Below are positions 51,501-63,575 of a stretch of 64,000 nucleotides of DNA, piece by piece. The first letter of the stretch is position 1. The number at the start of each line of letters is the position of its first letter. The stretch covers positions 2,106,353 through 2,170,352 of the forward strand of contig JBNZDD010013702.1 of the NCBI GenBank assembly GCA_050575255.1, written 5' to 3'. The stretch is from Harriotta raleighana. Taxonomy: Eukaryota. The position numbers were made by a program, and so were the translations under genes. Under the pieces are notes generated by a model. It was not told the origin of the DNA. It worked only from the letters and a program-made list of their open reading frames with translations, and did not search any database.

Positions 51501-52226
51501 TTGTCAGGCAGCTTTGGGCCTTAGCATTATTCAGAAGGCAAAACAAGGTACGTTTAGGAATACGGCAGTTTTTAATCCAATATTACTGAAACAGACAAGC
51601 ACTTTACCTTAAATATTAACAATACTCGTTCACAACAGCTTTGAACATGTTATCGGAACACAGACACGATCTCCCACGTTTTATTATTTGCTCAGATTCT
51701 GGTCTTTAGTTTTTTGGCAAATAATAATATAATAATAATCCTTGCATTTGATAGCGATTTTCAAGCCCTTTCTGCCCATCGAGCGTCAACTCGTTAAACC
51801 ACTAATCCCAAATGCCTGCTCTTCCCTATACCCTTTTAAATTCGTCCCTTGCAAATGTGTATCCAATTCCCTTCCAAGATTCATGGTCTCAGCCTCAATA
51901 GCAAACCGGGTTATTATGCAATCTGCCGCACTGCAGACTACGTGTTCCAACACACCATTTAAACCTGTTGTCAGGAGCTTCACAGATAATGGCAAACATT
52001 TGCTGGCCTTGCTCCACTATATACATGGAAAGCATTCTTGTCATACACCAAGCTACATTTTGTACAGAAAAGTTGTCCTGAGCCCTTGCTGGAGCAATCG
52101 AGCACTAACACTTCAATATTTCTGGAAGCATTATTCGAGAAGTCAAAGAGTTCTTTAGCATTTAGAAGCTAAAGAAAAGCTTATGAATTGAAGTCTGGAG
52201 AAAATTACTCTTTGAAAAGCAGTCTT

Positions 52227-52595
52227 AATAATAATCGTTACATTTGAAATATGTAAAGGCCTTATCACGTCTTTGAGCCATCTCACAGAATATATTGTAA
52301 AGTGAATTTACTGCATATTTTGTGGGCGAAACTCGGCAGGTATTTGCATGCAGCAGCGTCCCACAAACAGTTATGGATTGAATGACAAAAATTTTATTTT
52401 TTTATTTTTGAAATGATTATTAACCCAAGAAAAGCAATATCCGAAATGCCTACTAACTGGGTTCTTACTTACTGCTAGGTAAACAGAGGCAATTGGAGTA
52501 AAGAAACTTGCCTACGGTTTCGCCCCACCCAGGAATCAAACCCAGGTCCTCTCACTTGAGAGGCGGGTGCTCTAACCAAAACTCTACATGACTCC
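52227..52595 (-). mobile_element. tRNA-derived SINE, longer subfamily
   Basis: Same core and tail plus an extra segment (agaaaagcaat...ttactgctaggtaa) between head and core. Confidence 0.82.
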
Positions 52596-52849
52596 ACAAG
52601 GTTTAAAGATGAAAATAATGATTCTGATCATTTTCATAGAAAACTACACCAGGTCGGAAAGTCACCTGTGACATTAAAGGTACTGCCTGCGCTCAGGAAG
52701 TAACATTACAACCATACGACCTGGAAGCAGCTATTTTAGTCCAAAATTCATTTTCTAAAAGACAAATGAGAATTTAAAAAAAGTCAAATAAGCATAAATC
52801 ACAGACTAAATTATTAACAAATCAGACAACTTTACATTTCATTCAAATA

Positions 52850-53580
52850 CAGTAAAAGCCTGTTTATCCGTGACTCGATGAACTGGAAAACCTGTTGAAC
52901 CTGCACCTCAAAAAAAAATCCCGATTCGATAAACTGGAAGTTATCGGGCAGAATAGCGATGACGCATTTAATGAATCGATGTCGCACACGATTACTATGT
53001 AGGTATTTCGGCTGGCCGCTAGTCAAGCCTAAAGTCGCACTAGTGCCATTTTTTTTAAAGTCGTGCTGCCGTTTTGTTTTCCTCCTGTGGCAGCCATTGC
53101 AGAAGTTAAGTATAAATAATAAAGTACTAATACAATATTCTGTTATTATAGTATCTGTTATTAGTGTATTTAGTCTATTATTTATATAGTATTGTTCAAT
53201 AGTATTGTTTATTTACAATAAAGTAGTCATACAAGATTCTGTTATTACAGTAGCTGTTATTACTGTATTTAATCAATTATTTATATGGTACAGTGTACAA
53301 CATTTACAATAAATACCCATACAATATTGTTATTATTCAGTCTATTATTAATATGTTATACATTGAAATAATTTTTAATTACATTTTTTTAAAATTCAAC
53401 TNGTACAGTGTACAACATTTACAATAAATACCCATACAATATTGTTATTATTCAGTCTATTATTAATATGTTATACATTGAAATAATTTTTAATTACATT
53501 TTTTTTAAAAATTCAACTGGAAAGCCGTTTAACCGGCACTGGCCAGGTCCCGTGAGTGCCGGATAAACGGGCTTTTACTG
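52850..53580. mobile_element. MITE family B
   Basis: TA|CAGTAAAAGCCTGTTTATCCG...CGGATAAACGGGCTTTTACTG|TA; includes a ~114-bp duplicate across the N at 53402. Confidence 0.9.
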
Positions 53581-53663
53581 TATATTGTTATTGATGAAAA
53601 TCTAAGTGGTACACTATAGAAATAAATACAAGTGGTCCTTCACATCAGATTTGTGTTCAATTA

Positions 53664-54649
53664 CAGTAAAACCTCGTTCATCTGTGACCCAATCAACCGG
53701 ATTGCTCGACCCCTCTCCTGGGGCAATTTCTCATTCCAGAATCGCGAGTTTGTTCACTGCGCAAAAAAATGCTGTTTTACTGATTTTTCCCCCGACTTTA
53801 CTGGAATGCTTTATTGGTAAGTATCCATACAATATTCTGTTACTATGTACAGTAAAACCTTGTTTATCCGACACTCATGGGACTTGGCGAATGGCGATTA
53901 AACGGTTTTCTGGCTAAACGGATCAAAACTTTTTTTAATACATTTTTAAAAATAATTTAAAATTATTTTAACACAGAAATAACAGATTACCAGCTCCCAC
54001 CCTGTGCAAACACAGGAATCTGCCATCCGCACACTGCTAAACCTCAGCGAGGGGAAGGCAAGGTCGATTACTGTGAAGTCTTCTTGCGAGGTATTTTGAA
54101 TTGATTGAATAGGCTGGACTTGCAGAGAGAGAATGAGAGTACACACATGTTGAACAATACTATAAAAATAATAGATTAAATACACTAATAACAGATACGA
54201 TACTAACTTAGTACGTTATAATTTATACTTAACTTCTATTCTACAATAACCGCCAAAGGAGGAAAAAAAATCAGGAAAACTGCATTTTTTTTAACAAACG
54301 GTAGTATCACGAGTTTTGAAAAAAAGTCAGTAGCGCGACTTTAGGCTCAACTAGCGGCCGCCGATATAACTGCAGCAGTACTCGCATGCGACAATTCATT
54401 AATTTACTATTCTGCTGGATAACTTCCGGTTCATCGAATCGGGACTTTTTTTGCGATAGCGGTTGAACGGGTTTTCCGGTTCATCGAGTCACGGATAAAC
54501 AAGGTTTTACTGTAGTGTATTATTAACATGGTATGTTTTAAAATAAGCAAACCTTTTATGTTGGGTTTTCGGCAACTTGTCCCCGGTTTATCCGGCACAT
54601 TCAAATAGTCGACCCCCCCCCAGCGGGCCGGATAAACAAGGTTTTACCG
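53664..54649. mobile_element. MITE family A, host of a nested MITE
   Basis: TA|CAGTAAAACCTCGTTCATC...GGATAAACAAGGTTTTACCG; family A sequence resumes exactly after the insert. Confidence 0.88.
53850..54512. mobile_element. Nested MITE (family B-related, opposite orientation)
   Basis: TA|CAGTAAAACCTTGTTTATCCG...CGGATAAACAAGGTTTTACTG|TA with matching TIRs; homologous to 60096-60711. Confidence 0.92.
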
Positions 54650-55074
54650 TGATACAACCACAAAATGTTTATATGCTTTCCCATTGGGAATCCATGGCAT
54701 ACAAGGAGCAAGGAGCAATTCTCATCAGAAAGAATGATCAATGAATAATGGAAAATAGAAAGGAATTTCTGTCAGCAGCATCTCGGCTCGGCAAGCTGTG
54801 ACATGACATTACATGATAAATAGCTCCCAACCTTGCACAGTACTGCAATTACAAAAACATGACTGGGACATTTAACTGAAACAGTCCCAGGATACAGAAG
54901 AAGGAAGATTGCTAAATTTGGTTTTAAAGTTTAAAGAATGTAGTGGACGCAATACTGATAGTAAGAAAGACTCTGGAACATCAATCAATTTTCCCTGCCT
55001 GAACATCACAGTGGACTATGGAAATATAACCAGGGCTGAACCACCAGTGACCCCATAGTTTAAGCAGACTATGT

Positions 55075-55895
55075 AACCAGATTCACTAAGCATATATTCT
55101 GCTGAAGTAGGTCCAAAATTACACTTCATACTGTTCCCACAAATGATTTGAATCATAAAGCTTTGAAGAAATCATGCAACAATTTATAATGCACACAAAA
55201 CCGAAAATAACCACACTGGTTACTTCACAAGAGAAATGCATTTTGTTGTATTTTCCCTTCTCAGGGGGCTGGCTACGATTTAATCAAAAACCCATTCTAT
55301 TCCAAAATGTTAAATTAATAAACCAATTATTCACCAAGAGGTACATTTCCCACTACCCGGGCACACAGACAGTCTGGATCACTTCAGTTAGCACCACTGG
55401 AAGGTTTCATTTGCAAATCGGTAGACTCATCCCTCATAATTTCTCCTTATCAATCCAAGATTTTGTATATTTTAGTTGTTTTACTTTGTTCCATGTTACA
55501 AACTGTTAAAATCACATCAGTGATGGTACATCCTGAAGCTGACTTAAACCAAATGAGTTCATATTTGGAAATGTGCCTTAAAAGTCTAATCTGTTCAAAC
55601 AAAACTAATTAAGTTCACTTTTAGTGATGGATACTTCGCCATATTAAAAACACATTCAGCAATTATTGGGTAAATCACAAGCATGCAACTGCATCTTATA
55701 ATGATTGTAAGTACTACCTGGATTCAGTAAGCATCCATTCTGCTTCGGTTTGTCAAGATCATACTTCACACTGTCCCCACAATAAATTTGTATCATAAAG
55801 CTTTGAAGAAATTATGCAACAATTTGTGTTTAACCCCAAAATCGAAAACCAACTACACTGGTTACTTTATAAGAATTTTATTGTATTTGCCCTTG
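55075..55895. repeat. Diverged direct repeat pair (about 55075-55260 and 55715-55895)
   Basis: Shared atcataaagctttgaagaaat.atgcaacaattt and acactggttactt blocks about 640 bp apart. Confidence 0.8.
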
Positions 55896-56403
55896 TAATT
55901 GTGGAGTGGATTTTTTGTAGCTGATCCCAGACATTGTGATCTAGTTATATTGTGAAACATTACTTCAAAGCACAAGTCTATATTTCCTCCCGTTCTCTTA
56001 AGTTTACCTGCACAGAGCTCCAACACTCTCCCATCTTTGCATCAATCATCAGAGCAACCATCAGTAATACTCAGGAACCATATTAATGAGCAGAAATAGA
56101 ACGAGCCTGACACAGGAAGCTGACGAATCATGCATATACCTGAGCACAGTAGAACACAAGCCAATTGGCAATGTGCTGCTGCTAATCAATCGTTACCAGC
56201 AGCTCAATGCAGGCCACATCCTGTTTCAAGCACATTTCAACTACATTGCTCAGAGAGCTGACTAACCTAGATTACCGTCAGGAAACGATGCAATACCGAA
56301 ATCCACTTTAAAGGAGAATATTTTCTCTACTGTGAATCAGATTACATTAGATTACAGCAGACTAAAATGGGGCAAAGCGCAAAACCAATCACAGAATGTT
56401 AAG

Positions 56404-56740
56404 TAATAATAATAATCCTTGCATTTGGTATAGCACTTTATAACGTGTTTGAGACGTCTCAAAGCTCTTCAAAGAATATACAGTAAAAAGTGAATCGACT
56501 ATATTTTGTGGGCCGCAGCCAAATGCGAACAGTGTCCCATAAACAATTGTGAATTGCAGTGACCAATGTATTATTAGTTTTTTTTGGAAGGATTTATTAT
56601 CCCCAGAAAAGCAATCCACAAATCTTACTGCTAGGTAAGCTTGGGTGAGTGGAGTAATTAAACTTGCCCAACATTTCGCCCTGCCAGGAATTGAACTCGC
56701 TTGCGAGACGAGTGCTCCAACTGCTGAGATACAGGATTCC
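56404..56740 (-). mobile_element. tRNA-derived SINE, longer subfamily
   Basis: Inverted tail and core, ccccagaaaagcaatcc...actgctaggtaa segment and tRNA-like head. Confidence 0.8.
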
Positions 56741-59330
56741 TCAAAACTGCACTGATGTTTTTTTCCCACCTAATCTAATCCCACTCTTACACACATCTAA
56801 TCTGCTCACTCACTGTACACATTCGGCTCTTCGCAGGACACAAACATACAAGCCACCTTTATGAAACTGGGAATTGGTCACTCACACCATGGCTGTTTGT
56901 GGGAGATTGCTGAATGCAAAATTGGCTGCAGTATCCTGGAAAAAACACAATCACTGCGCTCTGCAGTTTATCATAAGTAGTGCTTCAGGGCATCCTCCCA
57001 ATATGAAAGACACTCCACCAAATGTAAAGATAATTACTGTACCACCACAAAAGCATTCAAACTACACAAAAGCTCAATTGGAATCTACAATTGTGTTTCA
57101 AATTTGTATACTGCATTTGTATAGTTTCTCATTTAACCTAAAAATTTATGTAATTAATTTAAGTAATTTTGAATTCAAAGAGCTAAATTCACATTTCCTG
57201 TATATAATTGTATTGAGGTCAGTGCATTCGTGCAATAGTTGAAATGCAATCAACACAAAGTCATGTGGCATCTTCAGTGAATAAAGATCCACAAATATTG
57301 GGAAAAAATAATCTATGTTGCATTCAGTCTTTTTAACCCGTAATAGTTGCAGCAAATGTGAGTCCTTCCCTTTAATTGAGGGATAAATTAGTGAAAATTT
57401 GTATTTTGAAAAAGTACACAGAGGATGGGAGAAATGAAAGCTTGGTATAGAGAAACATTAATACACTTTAATCTACAAAAATTTCAAAACCTTTAAAGTA
57501 GAACTACATAATAATTTCAAATTTATGCCATAATTATGTTTCTGGAGCAGTTATCAGACATTCCTCTTACATCTTTATTGATAAATGTGAGAAATGGTTG
57601 AACATTTGATGGCCAAGCACTGGACAGTTATTTCCTGCCATTTGCAAAACAATGACCACCTTTGTTTTTATCGGACCAAACTGGTCTACAATTCTGATAC
57701 CTTCATGCAGAGATGTTAAGCATGTAAGTACTTCAATAACTTGCATTTACACAACACCTTCACCACAGGTAGTATCTGAGCTCCTAACGGTTGCAAAGGT
57801 GACTCTAACCTGGGACGAGGGAGCTGAGAATCACTTTATTGAGGATCACTTTACTTGCACTCAGCAAGAGTCCAAAATGATATGAAGCTGAAAGATGAAT
57901 TTCATGTCTCCAATAAATGTACCACAAAGCTTTTTTTTAAAACCCAAAGTTTTTTTTCGTACGAAACTGATCGAGAGACCACCCAGAAAGTTTTTACTTC
58001 TGACATATGAACAGTCACCTCATTCCCACCCCCCCACTCCGGCTCAGCATTAGGCTCCATCACCATTAAGCACTCCGAGACGCTGCCCCACCTGAAGGGC
58101 CCTATATACATGCAGGTTGTTGTTGTAGCAGCTGGATGGGTTGCGAATTGATGAAAATTCAAAAAAGGGGAGAAGGAAAACTAAAATTTCCAAGCACTGT
58201 CAAAATACAACATGCTGAATCATGTGATTATGCAGAAGTAATCTGTTGAGTCCTAATGCCTTTTATATTGCAGTGCGTTTGAGGAAATCTGTGCACATTC
58301 TCAGCAACTGGTTCAATCCTTAACTCTTTTCCTCATTCCTCCCCTGACCAAGATTCTTTCACCTGGGCCACATTATCAACCTCTACCCTTATCTACCCGA
58401 ACCTACCTACCCACATATCTTACTCACGTTATTTTTTGCCTTCTCAATGCTGGTCTCCCGAGATCTCCCATTCACAAGATGCAGCTCATCCAAAACTCCA
58501 ACTCCCATATCCTCACCTGCACCAAATGCCACGTTCTTAACCAGTCCTTACCAGACTTGACTGGCAACCTGTCAATCTAATTTCAAGTTTCATGTTGTGT
58601 TCAGTCAGTCAGTGTTAATTTGTCTAAACCCATAAATAACTGGGTCTCAGACTTTTTAATGACGGTTTTGTTTTCCCCTGTGCGCTCAATTGCTGACAGT
58701 AAATCGCAACTGAAAACACTTTGTCCTGATGATTTCAAAGCCTTATGAAAGCAAGAGAAAATAAGCTTTTCTGGAGGGGGATGAGATTAATTATACAAAG
58801 ACCCATCAAGCACTTCACATGATTGTCTTAAAGCAGAAACATTTAAAACTGAATACGATAAAATGTGAAGGAAAAGGTATGGAGAAAGAGCAGGAAAATT
58901 GGATTAGACATCCCCAAGGAACAAGCGAAGCACAGGGACAGTAGTCCAAATTGCCTCCTCCTGTGCTGAAATTTCTACAATTCTCTAATAACCAACATTA
59001 GGGGTATAAAATGTACATTTATATGATTCAAAATGCGCAGTCACTACTCCATTTTACAGTATATCACGCTTTGAGACGTCTTGACAACATAAGGCATTAA
59101 ATTAAATGCAATTATTATTAGTATAATAATGAAAAGCATAAAAGGGACATTTGTTAGAGACAATGTCTTATGAATCAATCGCTGGACCCTACTATTTTCA
59201 GTTATGCCTATATGATAACATTGTTTCAGTGCTGACAGAGTTCCACATACGTATTACACGAGGAAATTTACATTATGGAATGTAATGTGCATGCTCTTTC
59301 TGGAGGGACATCCCATGCATACCCAAATTT

Positions 59331-59650
59331 GGAGCTCCTGTAGCTCAGTGGTTAGAGCACTCGCCTTATGAGCGTGAGACCTGTGTTCGAATCCAGGCAG
59401 ATCAGGGCGAAACCTTGGGCAAGTTTCCTTACTCCACACGCCTAATAATAATCCCTCCAAAAAAACTACAATAATATAATTGGTTATTTCAATCCACGAC
59501 TGTTTGTGGGACACTGCTGTGCGCAATTGGATGCCGCGTTCCGCCCACAAATATACAGTCAATTCACTTTACAATATATTCTGTGAAGTGCTTTGGAACG
59601 TCGATAAGATGTGAAAAGCGCTATATCAAATGCAAGGATTATTATTATTA
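59331..59650 (+). mobile_element. Full-length young tRNA-derived SINE (best-preserved copy)
   Basis: GGAGCTCCTGTAGCTCAGTGGTTAGAGCAC (A box), GTTCGAATCC (B box), gtttgtgggacactgctgtgcgcaattgg core resembling the DeuSINE domain, and tail ending gctatatcaaatgcaagg(att)n. Confidence 0.93.
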
Positions 59651-60095
59651 AATTCAGAGTGTTAAAGGCACACGTGTTAAGCAAAGCTTGGGGACCACAG
59701 ATAATGCGCTGGGAGTAACTGCTGGAATTTCAACAGATAAAACTGCATAGCATGCCATTGACAACAACATCTCAAATCCACAGAGACGTGACTCTTAAGC
59801 ATTCTATTGCCAAGTGTGTCACCTCGAAGCCAGTTCCAAGAACTGGAACTCTGCTTCTGAAGTAAGAACTGTCCTTTTGAGAGGTTGTATACATAATAAT
59901 AATAGGTTGTATACATTTTATATTATCAGATTTAGTATAATATCGGTCTCCTCTGGGGTGAAAAGCAATAATTCTTTCTGCAGTGACCATCCCCATAGAC
60001 TATACTGGAGCAATGCGTGCTGACATATTTAATGCAGAAGAAAATTCCATAGTACCAGTGTCAAATGAGCAGTACAACTGAAAACCATCTAAATA

Positions 60096-60711
60096 CAGTA
60101 AAACCTTGTTTACCCGGCACCCACGGGACCTGGCCTGGTTTTCTGGTTAAACGGACAAAACATTTTTTTGAAAAAAAAATTATGGTTTTTAAAAATTAAA
60201 AATTATTTGAACACAGTAATAACAGATTACCAGCTCCCACCCTGTGCAAACACAGGGAGCTGCCGTCTGCACACCGCTAACCCTCAGCGAGAGGAATGCA
60301 CGGTCGATTACTGTGAAGCCTTCTTTTGAGGTATTTTGAATTGATTGAATACGCTGGACTTGCAGAGAGAGAGAGTGAGAGTACACACACACGTAAATGT
60401 TGAACAATACTATATAAATAATAGACTAAATACACTAATAACAGATACTATACTAACAGAATATTGTATTAGTACTTTAGAATTTATACTTAACTTCTAC
60501 AATAGCCGCCAAAGGAGGAAAAAAAACTGGGAAAACGGTATTATCGCGGGTTTTGAAAAAAAAGTCAGTAGCGCGACTTTACGCTCAACTAGAGGCCGCT
60601 GATATAACTGCAGCAGTACTTGATTGCGGGAATCCATTCATTAAATGCATCTTTACTATTCTGCTTGATAACTTCCGGTTCATCGAGTCATGGATAAACA
60701 AGATTTTACTG
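60096..60711. mobile_element. MITE family B-related
   Basis: TA|CAGTAAAACCTTGTTTACCC...GGATAAACAAGATTTTACTG|TA; homologous to 53850-54512. Confidence 0.9.
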
Positions 60712-60721
60712 TATATGAAAG

Positions 60722-61785
60722 GTTAGCACGGAAACTGCCCTGGTCAAGGTCACCAATGACATCCTTACTATCTGTGACCAGGGCTCCCTCTGCCTCCTCG
60801 NNNNNNNNNNNNNNNNNNNNNNNNNNNNNNNNNNNNNNNNNNNNNNNNNNNNNNNNNNNNNNNNNNNNNNNNNNNNNNNNNNNNNNNNNNNNNNNNNNNN
60901 NNNNNNNNNNNNNNNNNNNNNNNNNNNNNNNNNNNNNNNNNNNNNNNNNNNNNNNNNNNNNNNNNNNNNNNNNNNNNNNNNNNNNNNNNNNNNNNNNNNN
61001 NNNNNNNNNNNNNNNNNNNNNNNNNNNNNNNNNNNNNNNNNNNNNNNNNNNNNNNNNNNNNNNNNNNNNNNNNNNNNNNNNNNNNNNNNNNNNNNNNNNN
61101 NNNNNNNNNNNNNNNNNNNNNNNNNNNNNNNNNNNNNNNNNNNNNNNNNNNNNNNNNNNNNNNNNNNNNNNNNNNNNNNNNNNNNNNNNNNNNNNNNNNN
61201 NNNNNNNNNNNNNNNNNNNNNNNNNNNNNNNNNNNNNNNNNNNNNNNNNNNNNNNNNNNNNNNNNNNNNNNNNNNNNNNNNNNNNNNNNNNNNNNNNNNN
61301 NNNNNNNNNNNNNNNNNNNNNNNNNNNNNNNNNNNNNNNNNNNNNNNNNNNNNNNNNNNNNNNNNNNNNNNNNNNNNNNNNNNNNNNNNNNNNNNNNNNN
61401 NNNNNNNNNNNNNNNNNNNNNNNNNNNNNNNNNNNNNNNNNNNNNNNNNNNNNNNNNNNNNNNNNNNNNNNNNNNNNNNNNNNNNNNNNNNNNNNNNNNN
61501 NNNNNNNNNNNNNNNNNNNNNNNNNNNNNNNNNNNNNNNNNNNNNNNNNNNNNNNNNNNNNNNNNNNNNNNNNNNNNNNNNNNNNNNNNNNNNNNNNNNN
61601 NNNNNNNNNNNNNNNNNNNNNNNNNNNNNNNNNNNNNNNNNNNNNNNNNNNNNNNNNNNNNNNNNNNNNNNNNNNNNNNNNNNNNNNNNNNNNNNNNNNN
61701 NNNNNNNNNNNNNNNNNNNNNNNNNNNNNNCCTGACGTGAAACGCGCTCTATAAATGTAATTTTGTTGCTGTTGTTGTTGTTGTA
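60722..61785 (+). mobile_element. L2 LINE copy spanning the assembly gap
   Basis: Left of the gap reads STETALVKVTNDILTICDQGSLCLL, a reverse transcriptase motif that precedes LDLSAAFD; right of the gap is the L2 tail cctgacgtgaaacgcgctctataaatgtaatttt(gtt)n. Confidence 0.8.
60801..61730. other. Assembly gap (930 N)
   Basis: Run of N read directly. Confidence 1.
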
Positions 61786-63048
61786 GTACATCAGATAATA
61801 GCTTTGGGTGAAAGCAAGTAATTTCTACAATGTGCACTACTCTGTTTCTGACACTAGAGCCCCTGTCAGTGCCAGCATAACAGTAGCCATACTTCCACCT
61901 TTTGAATAGTCTTAACTCTCAAGGAAAAAATCTGATAACCTGTTCAATCTTGGACTGTCTCATCTATCTATATGCAAGCAGATAAGGAAAATAATAAAAA
62001 CCCTTGCATTACATTATCAAGACGTCTCAAAATACTTCACAGGATGTACTGTAGAGTGAATTGACTATGCATTTTGTGGACAAAATTCAGCAGCCAGTTT
62101 TTTTGCACAGCTGTGGAGTGAATGAGCAATTTTATCTAGGGAATTGTTGGCCAGGCAGAAAGGATTTTTAACATCTACTTCAACAGTCGAACATGACCTG
62201 GGTTTAGCGTCTCATCCAAAAGGCAATAAATACAGAACTACATTGGAGTGTCAGCTTAGACCAGAGACATCCAACTTGTGGTCCGTGAACTACATGCAGC
62301 CCGATGGATCTGATCTGCAAGACTTTTCTGACTTCATTATTTTATCCAGTGGCTGCACCTCTTTTCCAGTCAGTCTCCGCTCTAGCATGTACATCTTTGT
62401 GAGAGACAGCGAGGAGAGGGGAAGAGGGTGGAAACAGAGGCACAGTTTGTATCCAAGACAACCATAGGCACGGAATTCCCGGGTGGGAATTTTTATTCCA
62501 AGATTTACCTCAGCTCCACGTGCAGATGACATACACATGTAGAACTCAGTCTGGTTTGCACACTATTTAGCATAGAATTTTTTTTTTAACATATGTGTCA
62601 GACTAGACTGACCAAAAAAACATACCTTTGTACTGTAGTCTGCGCTTTGATCATTGCAAGTGGTTTTCTCGTCACTTCAGAAGGCACCAGTCCAGCAGCA
62701 ACAATGTATGTGTTACCTCCAAGAAATTAAGTCACCATTTTGCTCTGACTGCACCAGCTGAGCCTTCAGCCAGCCATACAGAGGAGCGAGCGATTCAGTT
62801 TTCCTGCACTCAAGCAACTGTACCTGAGCATTGTCCTTTGTCCAAGGCTGTGGAATCCACATACAGTAGTATACACAAAACAAGCTCCACGTCAGTGTGA
62901 GATAATGCCACTCCTAAATTTACTAATTGTATAGTACTGTATAAAGGCCGCATTTCTTGCAAAGTATTGATGAAATGCCCAAGTGTAACTTTCAGAATTA
63001 TTGGCATCAATTACTGAATGCAAGAAAAATAAAATGTGGTTAGGCCAT

Positions 63049-63575
63049 TAGAATCACAGATTATTTCAGCACACAAGCAGCCCATTCGGCCTATTGTGTC
63101 TGTGCCAGCTCTTTGGAAGAACTACCCAATCAGTTCCACTCCTTTGCAGATTTTTCCCCCTCAAGTGCCCATCTAATTCTCTTTTGAAAGTTGTTATTGA
63201 ATCTGTTTCCACCACCATATCAGGCAATGCATTCCAGACCGTAACAACTCCAGACTAGTGATTTATAATGATTTAGCAGACTTTCCTTGCTTTTGTACTC
63301 TATGCTTCTATTTATAGAGTCAAGGATCCCAAATGCATTTTTTTGAAAAAACTCTATCAATCCGTTCTTCCTTCAACAATCTGTGTATGTGAATCTCAGG
63401 TTTCTCTGCTCCTGTACTCTCTGTAAAACCGTACCATTTATTCTGTATGGCCTCTCCTCATTCTTCCTCCCAAAAGCATCACCAAACACTTCTCTGCATT
63501 AAACTTCATTTGCCTTGTGTCTACACATTTCATCAGTCTGTCCATGTCTTCCTGCAGTCTGCTGCCTTCCTCCTC
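63049..63575 (-). mobile_element. CR1 LINE 3' fragment with internal deletions
   Basis: tagaatcacagattatttcagcaca...gcccattcggcc inverted tail, ggcaatgcattccagac (VWNALP inverted) and ttttgtactctatgcttctatttata (INRSIEYK inverted). Confidence 0.8.

Noticed and set aside
59331-59405. tRNA gene (also at 13630, 21940 and 2560)
   Set aside because: The A and B boxes run directly into a SINE body and tail and recur in several diverged copies; these are SINE heads.
60680-61837. Long ORFs of 354-385 aa
   Set aside because: They consist almost entirely of X from the N gap.
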